Assembly: GCF_001194135.2 (NCBI RefSeq)
Contig: NC_068983.1
Location: forward strand, 30,492,732 to 30,556,731
Reading direction: 5' to 3'
DNA from: Octopus bimaculoides
Taxonomy: Eukaryota
Length of the DNA stretch: 64,000 nucleotides
The notes beneath the pieces are model-generated. The model saw only the letters and a program-made list of their open reading frames with translations, did not search any database and was not told where the DNA came from. Made by a program: the position numbers and the translations under genes. Shown here in pieces: positions 27,801-40,800 of the stretch; the first letter of the stretch is position 1, and each line of letters starts with the position of its first letter.

Positions 27801-30800
27801 ACAATTTTGCCAGCTCACTGCCTTCTATTATGAAATAATATTAACAAACATTTGTTAGCATTTGTGTAAATCTTATGATTTTGGCCAAAAGAAGAAAGTG
27901 GCAATTGTATCGTAGAAGGGCTACTTTGAATTGAGTCTTCATCGTAGTATTGCGACTAGGTCGTTATCACAGATGCGATTAGTGTAACGAAAATGTTGAC
28001 ACCCACAAAACTAAATGAGAAGTGAATTTAAGGTATGTGTGCGCGCGTGTTGAAATGGCTAAACTGACTCTTTCGGTGTAATTATTTCAGTTGGAAACAC
28101 CGTTCTCAGATCCAGTCAATTACAAGTCCTTAAAAAGAAAAAAAAGAAAAGTAGTCGAAGAAAAATTGAAAAGTAGCATTAGTTTAATTTATGCACATTT
28201 ATGATTTATGAGAAATCGTTATTTCCGAGATCAGAAAATATTTAAAGTTTCTTCTATTAAAAGACGAAGCCATCTTCCAATAAAATTTGAATAGTTATAA
28301 AACCATACTTTCCTCTATATTACAATAGGCAACATCGGTTTCAGTTCGATATGTAGTCGTCTTGACCGTTGTCGTTTTTACTCCTTTAACCGATTATTCT
28401 TAATCATTTATCTATATGCTGGTTCTCAAATTGTTCTCTTGGTAAATAACAGTGAATGGATCTCCATCGGCTGAGATGATAAATAGTGCAGTTGTTTGAT
28501 CAACCGAATTGTTTATTCATTAAATTATGTAGTGTGACTATATATTAAGACACTTATTTGAACTCTTTAAGTAATCCTCCAGCAGAATCAGCGTGACAGT
28601 GTGAAACAATGCTAACCCTTTGAATTACATGTACAGCATATCAGACAGGCTTTTATAAAGTTTCGGTCTATCTTATTTTAGTCACTAGGCTTGGGTCAAC
28701 CCGAAGCCAAGGTAAAAAAAATACTTGCCCAAGGTGCTCTGCGCAGAGATTCTCTCATCTCTTTTCTGGCAAGTACGGTGAAGTTTATGCCACGTCGAAA
28801 TGTGACTGGAGCTGTCTACGATACTTGCCGAAATGATTAAAATATTAGTCAATTGATTAGTGTTATATTTTGCTCCCCGCATAATTATTTCTAACTAGAT
28901 TTTTGGTACTCCCAACATTAAATGTAATAGGGATAAATAATAATAGTAACATCCTTGCATAGTTACTATGATGTCGAGACATAACATCGCTCACTATTCC
29001 TTAAAATAACAAATGCATTTACTCTTTTACTCTTTTACTTGTTTCAGTCATTTTACTGTAGCCATGCTGGAGCACCGCCTTTTAGTCGAGCTAATCGACC
29101 CCAGGACTTATTCTTTGTAAGCCTAGTACTTATTCTAACCGCTAAGTTACAGGATCGTAAACACACCANNNNNNNNNNNNNNNNNNNNNNNNNNNNNNNN
29201 NNNNNNNNNNNNNNNNNNNNNNNNNNNNNNNNNNNNNNNNNNNNNNNNNNNNNNNNNNNNNNNNNNNNNNNNNNNNNNNNNNNNNNNNNNNNNNNNNNNN
29301 NNNNNNNNNNNNNNNNNNNNNNNNNNNNNNNNNNNNNNNNNNNNNNNNNNNNNNNNNNNNNNNNNNNNNNNNNNNNNNNNNNNNNNNNNNNNNNNNNNNN
29401 NNNNNNNNNNNNNNNNNNNTATACATACACGACGGGCTTCTTTCTGTTTCCGTCTTCCAAATCCACTCACAAGGCTTTGGTCGGCCCGAGGCTATAGTAG
29501 AAGACACTTGCCCAAGGTACCACGCAGTGGGACTGAACCCAGAACCATGTGGTTGGTAAGCAAGCTACTTATCTGAAAAGAATAATATTAGTTGATTATT
29601 CTTAACACTTCGACCTAATGGATAGCGACAAAATAAATACCAGACTGAAATATATTCTGAAGTAGATATGACTGACTGAAATTCTTGAATACAGTGCCCC
29701 AGCATGGCCCTAATTTAATACCTGAATCCAGTAAAAGAGTAAAAGAATGACAAAGATCAGAGAATATTTCACTCAATAGTAGTCAAGAACAATTTTCTTT
29801 GTAAATCTTGTTTTCTGCGAAATGATTTGATATTTAGCCATTTCCTGTTCTACGTATGAAAATATATGCTAATTAGTTTTTCGTCTGTTGGAAGGTATCA
29901 ATTAAAATAGGAACTTTTATGCTGTTTGACAGTATGAATTTCTACAGAGAAAATATGTTTAACATGCTGGCGCCTTTCATAATGGTCCGTTAAGATAATG
30001 CATTCTCATTGCTATTCTAACAATTGAAGAACTGAGTAAAGGTAGTACTATTTCACTTATTTTCGGTTTCAGCGCAGAAAGCAATGACTAACACTAGCAA
30101 AATTGTTAAGGATTTCCTTTCATTTCAGTTAAGAGACTTGATACCAATCGTATTAACGAATCCTTAATTCTAGCCTTGAAGAAGTCTAAGATTTAGCGAT
30201 TCCGAAAAATGGAATAAATAGAAAAACAAAAATTGTCTTGGTTGTATACATAAGATAACTTTATTTATTTATTGTTACCGAGGTGGGAGTGTATAACATA
30301 TGAAACTAACTGACGAAGGATCGATTGTACTAGACATAGATAAAATATTTTGTCAGTAAGTGTGACTATATATTAAGACATCGATGTATTTCTCTGGACT
30401 TACCACTCTAATAGCTTATAAGTAAATTGTTAACTGAAGCTTTTTTCTTTTTTTTTTATGGTTTAGTCAGAAATGTAAGTCACCTCAAGGTCCAGTCCTT
30501 GTTGTGGCGTAATGGCTTGTATATCTCAATGACTCTGAGTGCCATGCCAGCAGAACACAAGCTCCAGATCCGATTGCCATTAAATACGAATGTCGGTTTA
30601 TTTCACAAGACATGAAAACCACGTGTGTTAGGAAGAAAAAAACTGTGTAGCCTCCTCCTACAAATGAACTTAAGGTTTAGTGCCTCATCAATGTACAATA
30701 TGCTATAAATCAGACTGAGGTGCGTTAAATAAATTCTAAAATTCCAGTCCAATGCGATACTGTCAGCTTTGCTTCCTAATTCCTAATCTTTTGCCTATTT

Positions 30801-33800
30801 TAAAAATAATCATTATTATTGAATTGGCAGAATCATATGAGCGTTGAACAAACTGCCTCGTGGTGTTACTTTCTGATTCTTTACGTTTTGAGTTCATACC
30901 CAAAAGAACTCAACCTTACCTTTCGGAGTCAATAAAATAAAGCGCCAGTCAATTACTGAGAGCGATATAATTGAATCGATCAGAATCAATTATTATTAAG
31001 GATGACGAATTGGCAGAATCGTTAGAGTATCGGGAAAAAATGTTTCGTCATGTTTGTTTCGGCTCTTTACGTTTTGAGTTCAAATTCTGGCGAAGTCGAC
31101 TTCATCCTTTCGGGGCCGATAAATTAAGTACCAGTGAAATACTGGGATCGCTGTAATCGTCTAGTCCCTTCCCCGCAAATTTCAGGCCTTGTGCCTTTAG
31201 TAGAAAGGATTATTATTATGAAGGCGGTGAGCTGGTAGAATGGTTACCGCGCTGGACGAAATGCTTAGCGGTATTTCGTCCATCGCTACGTTCTGAGTAA
31301 AAATTCCGCCGAGGTCGACTTCGCCTTTTATCCTTTCGGGGGTCGATAAATTAAGTACCAGTGAAACACTGGGGTCGACTAGTCCCTTCCCCACAAATAT
31401 GAGGCCTTGTGCCTCTAGTAGAAAGGATTATTATTATTAATCTATATTTGAATACTACTTCGGCTCAAACAGTACATACACTTTTAGCTCGTGCGTGTGT
31501 GTTTGTTGATAGTTATTTCTTCTTATTCTTTTTTCTTCCAATTAATGACCCTATTGTTCACAAAATTTACTACAAGAAGTTCATTCTTGAAACCAGCCAT
31601 AAAGCTGGCGGCATTTTCACAAACGGCATTTGAAATTCGCAAATGAAACCACCAAACCTCCAAGAAGTTTCTACTTTATCATAGCAAGCATCAACGAGTC
31701 GGAAGCCAAACTGTTGTAGATTAAACATTAAAACCCTGGGGAATTGCGATACACAACTTTGTTTACTTTTGGGAGGCCAACTAAAAAGACATTTTATACA
31801 GTACTGTGGCGAGTGTATACGTACACTGTCAGAGGCACTGGTGGTTAAATGAAATATACGTTTTATATTCAATTTTAAATGCTGACAGCATCCGGTTTTA
31901 GTCGATGCTGACATGTTAAAGAAATAATGCGGTTCTACATTGCTTTGGTAATCTTGTTTTTCTAATCACAGCAGCAATCAGTGAAGCGTTGAAACAACAA
32001 CATAAGTGGCTCTTTTATTTCCAAGAGTATATAAACTGAAACGTTTGTGGAATCAAATATAGACTATCAGAAGAAATAAATATATTACAGTGATGCACAC
32101 TGTTGAGTTGTAAACTTTTGGTAAACAAGATATGAAACACAAGTTAAATTTTTGGTTGTTACTGGTTCACATCTCTTTACTTAGTTAAAGATAATAACAA
32201 AGCCTCCAACAGGAAAAAAAAATCTTATTTGGTTAAACCTCGAATAGCAATCGTTGCTTTTTTTTTAATTCTGAAGTCGGCGGTTTATTAACAAAACCAT
32301 TAGAGCTTCAGGCAAAATGCGTTGCAGTATTTCTTCCAGTTTTTTTTACGCTCGAAGTTCAAATCTCATCGGGGTCAATTTTTGCCTTTCATCCCCTGAG
32401 ATACGATGAAGTAAAATACCAGTCATGTACTGAGTGAGATTGTATCGACTAATCATTTTCCTTCAAAAGTTTTGTGTTTTCCGAAGAAATCCAATTACAA
32501 ATAAGATGGCGAATATAAATCCAGCAATATCGTTGAGCCCTGTATCTCAATACAGTCGTACGTAAGTGTTCATAAAAATATAACTTTGATATTTTGTGAA
32601 GTTCGTCCGTCTTAATCTTTGATGATTCATTGGCAAAGATAACCGTGAGTGAGCAATCATTCTGTTTATCCCAAACCCTTACCACTTGGAACATAACAGA
32701 CCAATGAGAAAGCATCTACGTGATCACATGGCGGGTTAAAAAACACAGCAGCTAATTGTTCAGGAAATCACACTCAACAGCTTAAAAAAAAATAGGGAAA
32801 AGACATTGGAAAAAATAATATACGATGGACATAGCTGAAATGTGATTGATTATAATCAATCATTGATTATTATCAATAAGGTAATAGAAGTAGCTGATCA
32901 GCCTTATTACTTACGGACAAACAATACAAGTGTGCTTATTTTCTGAGTTAACTGTAGAAAAACAAACTTGAAACGATAGAAAGCTGACTGTAGTTTTGAA
33001 ATCAATATGCCAATTTTAGCCAAAAGCCAAGTGTAAATGTAAACTGAACAGGAATTACGTGATTCTCAACCAGGATCCATATGGCCCTGAGGAGTCAATA
33101 AAAGATTTTGTTAAAATTTATATCTCCAATAAGTTGGTTATATTTCTACAATACACAAAATATTTTAATAATAATTTTTATACAATTCCTGATAATAATT
33201 ATAAAAGTATAACAGGATTTTAAAAAAATGAATGGCTAAGAGGGTCTGCCCGAGTAAAATAGAAATCAAAGGGTTCCATAGGTAAAAAAGTAGTTGAGAG
33301 ACACTGATCTAGGCAGGTCTAGAGCTTCCCAATAGCAACAAGGTGACTTTCATAAGCGATCATGTGTGATGGAATTGTGGCAATGAACTCGAGAATATTA
33401 CAACCATTTATATTAACAATAATATTTGTAATACGATTCTTTTGAAAACCACAAGATTTTTACACGACAAAAGATGGTATATAATGATACCAATTCTTTT
33501 TAACCAAAAGGATAAAAAAGGAGGTAGACTTCAAATCTACTGCCATTTGCTTCAAAGAACTCATTAGACAGTGTAGTTTTGGATAATCTCCAAAAAGTTG
33601 AGAAGGTCTCGGTTGGAAAGTCTTTGACCATGAACCTGTTCGGTCACGGTTGAACGCTTTGGCCTAAACAATATGTCCCTATTGCATGAATATAAAAGAT
33701 TTACAAAGACTAAGCAGTATCGTTTTCATCATCACAAGCTGCACGCACATGTGCGAGCACGCGTGTGCACACGCACGCACTTAGATACACACACACACAC

Positions 33801-34513
33801 ACGTTAATATTTTGTCTTTGAAATATTTTACAAGATTCTTTGTGTGGAATTCTGTGTTGAAATAGTTGTTGTTGCAATTTCGGAGTATCATACCAATAAA
33901 CGCATATCACTGATTGTGTTTTACGAGCTGGCAGAATTGTTGGCACGTCGAACAAAATGTTAAGTGTCATTTCTTTCGACTCTTTAACTTCAAATTTCGT
34001 CGAGGTTGATTTTGCCTTTCATCTTTTCGGGGTTGATGAAATAAGTACTACTTGCTCACTGGAGTCAATGTAATCGACCCCAGAAAAACTGCTGGTCCTG
34101 TGCCAAAATTTGAAACTGTTATTATTATTATCGTTGTTATTAAGGCAGCGAGTTAGCCGAATCGTTAGCGCGCCTTCTGAGTTCAAATTCCACCGTAGAT
34201 GACTTTGCCTTTTATCCTTTAGGGGTCGATAAAATAAGTACCAGTTTGGCATTGGGGTCGATGTAAACGACTAACCCGCTTCCCTTGAACTTACTGGTCT
34301 TGTGCCAAAATTTGAAACCATTATTATAATTACTCTTTTACTTCTTTCAGTCATTTGACTGTGGCCATGCTGGAGCACCGCCTTTAGTCGAGCAAATCGA
34401 CCCCAGGACTTATTCTTTATAAGCCAAGTACTTATTCTATCGGTCTCTTTTGCCGAACCGCTAGTTACAGGGACGTAAACACACCATCATCGGTTGTCAA
34501 GCGATGTTGGGGG

Positions 34514-34562
<49 letters not shown>

Positions 34563-34763
34563 CTATATAACGAGCTTCTTTCANNNNNNNNNNCTTTCAG
34601 TCATTTGACTGTGGCCATGCTGGAGCACCGCCTTTAGTCGAGCAAATCGACCCCAGGACTTATTCTTTATAAGCCAAGTACTTATTCTATCGGTCTCTTT
34701 TGCCGAACCGCTAGTTACAGGGACGTAAACACACCATCATCGGTTGTCAAGCGATGTTGGGGG

Positions 34764-34812
<49 letters not shown>

Positions 34813-37800
34813 CTATATAACGAGCTTCTTTCAGTTTCTGTCTACCAAATGCACTCACAAGGCTTTGGTCGGCCCGAGGCTATAGTAAAATACACTTGCC
34901 CAAGGTACCACGAAGTGGGACTGAACCCGGAACCATGTGGTTGTTAAGCAAGCTACTTATCACACAGCCACTCCTCAATTTTGATCAAACAAGAGTCCTT
35001 TCGTCACAGACTGTATGACCTTATCAATATTAACAGAAGGTGCGCATCAACTCGGTGGAGAAGCAGATGAGAGCACGTCATCAATATTGTCTCTTCCAAC
35101 TTACAAGCATATACTAAAAGCCAGTTGAAAGTAATTACTATAAGATCGCTCATAGGGAAATAGAATTATGGTTGCAGTCAGCCTCAGTTATGTCTTTCAC
35201 AATTAAATGTAGCTACACGTGCCAGTAAGAGGAGCTTCTATGTAGCCATTTAACCTGCTAGAAATAGCAGCCAAACTTCCCTCAAATCACATTCTACCGA
35301 CTTTAAAATGTGAGGATAATGTAGCCCAAGGTACTTCAGGTTTGAAAAATTAAAGACGGGATGGTTCTGACTGAACAATTTTGATCAAAGGTCAACTGGA
35401 CAATGCTGAGCATAGCACCAATAATTAACCAAATATTGCATGATGGAGTGTATAAACTGTTGATATATTGATTTGTAACCTAGACACAGGGCAAGACCAT
35501 GAATTTTCAGGAGAAGGGTATGATCGATTAAATTGATCACAGTACTTGGCTGGAACTCCTTTTATCGAACCCTTGATGGGTGAAGTAAATTTCAGAGAAA
35601 TCTCAACGGAAAGTGAACTATGTGTAGCATAATGATATTTAACATAGACTGAATGTTTCAGTCTTGAGGGAGCCATATTTCAGATTGTATAGATTCTAGT
35701 ACTTGATTGAGAAGGATTAAATGCAAAGTCAGCTTTGGAATTTGATCACAGAATTTAAAGGGCCGTGAAAAAATACCGCAAGACAATTTGTCTGACTCCT
35801 TAACGATTCGGCCAAACCATCATTTTATGCATGTCATATAGCGAGTGCAATCTCGATAAGTTACATCAAAATTACTATTTCTTGAGTTGTGACAGATCTA
35901 TTTTGTTATTTGAATTTAATTTCGTTTTTAAACAAAAGAAAACATTTTTTTTTAAATATCAATTATTTATTTTTTTCTTGCAGATAGATTCCATATATTT
36001 TTCAAACAATACTTTGGGTTATCAGTCAAGTTCTTTAATTAATATTTCACCTCTCAATAATGACTATGGAATTGAAGCAAGCGTGCTTTTATACTTAGAA
36101 TACAATACCAACTTAACAGTTGACGATGTTTATTCCGTCTTTGAGGATCATGTTAAAAGGTAAGTAGAATATTTTTCTAATTCTTTATCATTTCATACGC
36201 CAAATTCTAATACCCAGGTTATCTTTCTCTTCTTCGTCTTCTTTTTCTTCTTCGTCTTCTTTTTCTTCTTCGTCTTCTTTTTCTTCTTCGTCTTCTTTTT
36301 CTTCTTCGTCTTCTTCTTCGTCGTCGTCGTATTATATTATTATTATTATTATTATTATTGAGAGAATAACCCGAATAAGAGGGCAATGTAGACTGGGAGC
36401 GGCCACGGACACAAGTAGAAAGGACCCTCCACGATGTATGATAGAACATCTAGCATATATTTAGGACAATGTAGTTCGACGGTAAAGCTAGTAATAAGTA
36501 AATATAGGGAAATGAAACTTTTCCACATTACAATGGAAACCCCAACATTACGATATCGAATAGGCTACTTCAGGAAGCGCCACTCAGCGAAGGGATGTTC
36601 ATACACTTAATTGCCTACAGTAAAACCATTACAGCTTACGCCATCGCAGTACAACACACAGCGGTCAACCACCACAGTAATGACTTTGCTGTCTTCCCTA
36701 ACTGTTTCAGAAAGCGCACGTGGCATGGTCCCATCAGAACTAGATTTTTGGTGGATTCCGCTATGTGTAGTGTTGTAGGCAAGTGATATGTTGCTGGTCC
36801 TTCTCCATGTAAATTCTGAATATTTGAAAACCACTCGGTGAGCTCGAGTGATAGAGGCGTAACGTGACAACAAAGCACAATTTGGCCTTGGCAGACCATC
36901 ATGGGCGCGTGTAACTCGACCACAAGTAGATGTGTACGGCTTTTCAGTAGCACTTAGGTCGACTGTTCAGTACGAATGACAAGCCGCAACGCAGAATAGA
37001 TTTCAATGCTCACCTCAATGGCTTGTCGCAACTCTCGACAAGGGAGGTGGAGTGTTGCGAAAAGCTCATTACAGCAGCGGAAATACGGGAAGCGATGATT
37101 GGCTGAACGGAAGCAAATCATCTACTTTGAATGGTCTGCTCTACGAGTCTTACTTTTGTATACCAATCTTGTTCGGAGACTCCTTGGTAGATACATATTG
37201 CAACTAGTAGCAGAACGAAAGAATTCCCTGTTCTGTGAATCTAGGAATTGGTAGCATTGCTGACAAAGGACCCAAACAAATTTTTGGTCCATAACCTTGC
37301 TAAACGCAAATTTCAGAATTTTGGTCAAGGTATTTGCAAAGTGGTTGGCGTTTGTCGTCGATGGTCTGATTGAAGATACACAGACATGTACAATCCCAAA
37401 CAGATCTATTCACGACAACCTCCACCTCATGTGATATGTCATAGAGAGGGAGAGTAAGGAACTTGGCGTGGGTGGGGTCCTGATCAGTTTAGATCAATAA
37501 GAAGCTTTCGATAGGGTCGACTGCTTGATAGCTGTTTTCACGGCGGCTAATTTCGGTTCCGTTTTCCGAAGTTGGATTGTCGCAGTATACAGAGATATCT
37601 ATGTGGTGGTTAGGGTGAATGGCCACCTATTAAAATTATTCAGTATCGTGCGCCCTATCCTTTTAGGTTGTCCCCTCTCGTCCTTTTGTATGTGCAGATT
37701 CTAGAGACCTACTGCAGAAACTAGACAGGTTGAAGGGACATACTGCGTGAAAGAGGGATGTGGAAGAGCCAGCTTAGTATACATGGACGACGTCACCGTC

Positions 37801-40800
37801 ATAGAGTCGGACATCAAGGTGATAGGTATCATTCGAAGAGACTACAAAGTAGTGGAAGGAGCAAAATATTAGTGATCGTGCGACTCGGCACCTGGAGAGG
37901 CACGTAAATGCTATCCAACAGCATCGAGGTGCAGAGGAGCACTGGACTGACATACTGGTCAAATTATTCAGTTTGGTTTGGTCCGGATGTCCAAGTGGAG
38001 AACTGGGACGAGGGAACGAGTGTCAGCGTAGCCAAGTTCACTCAGAAAAGAGAAAGCTCTCTAAAATCCCGGGCATACATGGCGAATACTTACATGACCA
38101 ACACCATATATTACCGCCATGCCGTCAAGCCTTGCTTCAGTTCCCGTCCACCACTTTCTATGGAAGAGATTCATTCTACTGGTCAGGCGTTCTATTTGTT
38201 GTCAGCAGCAAGTGAGAAGAGGACTGGGCATATTGTGGCTGATAATGCACAGGCGTGAGCTGAGATTGCACCATCAAGGAGACGCTACATCTCTAGTGTT
38301 TCTTTGACGGTGAGCAGGGCATCTGACACCTAGTCTTGTTTGGGGTTGACAGCTCTCAGCCAGTTGGGCCGTGAGATTGATAAAAGTTGTACTGTGGCGG
38401 TCTATAGAGGGTAAGTAGCGGGAAAAAATGATGCTGTTCTTAAAAAGGCACTGGGCGTCGACAGGAGTCATGGTGTGTTACAAAGAACTTTTGGGACAAA
38501 GCCTATAAAAAGGATTTCCAAAAATCCCTGGCTTGGCAGTACTAACGGAGCATCGCCGGTTCGGGATAATTTACAGGTATGGAAGTGCCATCAGCTGGAC
38601 CTGCCCGAAATGCACGCAGTGGTGAAATCGTCCTACACGCATTCGTTCAGTTTTCGTGTATTGCTATCTAGTGGAGGTATGTTGAAGGATCCGGCTATCA
38701 GCTGAGTCCATTGAGAAGATCGTTCCGCCGCCTTCCTTGCTCCAAAATTTGAAACATTTTATATTATTAGAGCTGCGAAGGCGACGAGCTGGTAGAATCG
38801 TTAGCATGCCAGGCAAAATGTTTAGCGGTATTTCGTCCGTCTTTGCGTTCAGAGTTCAAATTCGGCTGAGGTCAACTTTGCCTTTCATCCTTTCGAATTG
38901 ATGAAATAAGTACCATTCGGGCGATTCGAGCTGTCTAGAGGGGCTAGTGGGGCACTACGTCATGTGTCTGGGATTTTCGAAATATAAAGGATAAAATTCG
39001 AAACTAATAATTAAGAGACATTTTATTCCTATATTTAATAAAAAGCAATAAACATTTTGTTCCAACATTTACATTTTTTACTCTTTGCAAAACATATTTA
39101 GAATTATATCTGTGAGAGCCACGAAATTCAGATTAAACAGCTCAACGTCAACCGTACGGTCATCCTTGGTTGGGTATCCGGATATTCTTGGAGTGCTTTT
39201 TCATGTTGCCTTACTTTTTTTCTTCCTCTCTGTTTATTGTATATACACACCCTAAAATGTTTGCTTACCACCATTTTATATAACAGTTTAGTCTGTGTGT
39301 GTGTGAGGTTTCTGTGGCCAATAATGAACGGATTATTTTTATTATTTATAAAATAGTATAAGATTACAGTAAGAATTACGTAAAAGAAGACATGATAGTT
39401 TGTGTATTTCTACGCATGACATAAATATTCAGCCTCGGGTGAAAATACCAAACGTGTGTCTCGTGTTTTTACAATAAGACTCTTGTCTAAATCCTTCAAT
39501 AACGTTTCTCGTATCTACGGAGAGTTTCAACAGATTTAGGTGCGAAAACGTAGAGAGATGAAAATAGAAGAGCACTTCATTATTTTCAGCTTGCGCTGAT
39601 GACCCTGGGACAGACAAAAGTAGTGTTGAGAAAAATAGCCGCAAGTAGGTGAGAGGTAATGTCCTTATCACGAAAAGGAAGACGGCGAGCTGACAGAATC
39701 ATTAGCACGCCGAGTGAATGCTTAACAGTATTTCGTCCGTCTTTAAGTTTTGAGTTCGAATTCCACCGAGGTGGACTTTGCTCTCCATCTTTCAGGGCCA
39801 ATGAAATAAGTAGCAGTTGAGCACTGGGATCGATGTAATCGACTATTTCGTTCCCCCAAAATTTCGGGCCTTGTGCCTATAAAAGAAAGGATTATCACAA
39901 GGAGGACAATTGGTTGAGTGCTAGATAAACTTTACAGTATATAGTTACATTCTTTTCGGTTTAAGTTCAAATCTCACCGAGATTGACTTAGTCTTTCATC
40001 CTTCCAAGGCCGATAAAACAAATATCAGAGAAGTACTGGAGATTGCACCTCTTTCATTTTGTAATTATTTTTCTTCAGCCCTCGGACTCGTAAGGCCAGT
40101 TACTCGGTTTCCATGGCATGTAAGTGACCGAACGGGAGGACGGTCCGTTGCAGAGTTCAAGGCCAACACTTTGGAGGGAAGGAGACAAATCGATTATATC
40201 GACCCCAGTACTTTTCTATTCAGCTATCACCCCTTCCTTTCTCATTCATAAACACAAGAGTATTATTATAGGAGATTATCTCGGTAGCCATGGGATCTAT
40301 GAAAATACAAAACCCAGAAACACCATCGGATCATTCTACACATCTGTGTAATTTTTCGCGCAATTCCACCCAGCCGTTTGACCGTGAATTCCAAGAAAAG
40401 AAAGAATCGCCCATGTCAAATTTATATGTATCAATTTCCAATATATACCTAATATTTCTTCACAGAAGAAAAGAAACTCTTGATGCATAACAATAACATG
40501 CTTTTTTCATATATAAAACGATTCCCCCTCCCGGAAAATGATGTCTTCATTACTAATTATTTTCATGTAATTTATTTCAGGACAAATGGTAAAGTAGGCA
40601 GAAGCGAACTCCGTATTGGTACTTCTTATCAGAATTCNNNNNNNNNNNNNNNNNNNNNNNNNNNNNNNNNNNNNNNNNNNNNNNNNNNNNNNNNNNNNNN
40701 NNNNNNNNNNNNNNNNNNNNNACCTCATTGTGTGTGATATTAGCTTGATATTTCCGGCTGAGGAGATTCTGATCTTGCGCTGCTAGGAAAATCCTTCTGT

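Noticed and set aside
28768-28835. Stem ggcaagta/tacttgcc followed by GAAA as a hammerhead
   Set aside because: No CUGANGA core upstream. Similar partial matches at about 14950 and 46050-46115 also lack consistent stems.
36219-36449. Poly-Asn/poly-Arg ORF on -
   Set aside because: Translation of a compound microsatellite.
36480-36826. Possible inverted endonuclease piece ahead of the old Tx1 copy
   Set aside because: Only scattered weak resemblances in different frames (ITCLQ, LVLMG); no convincing motif.
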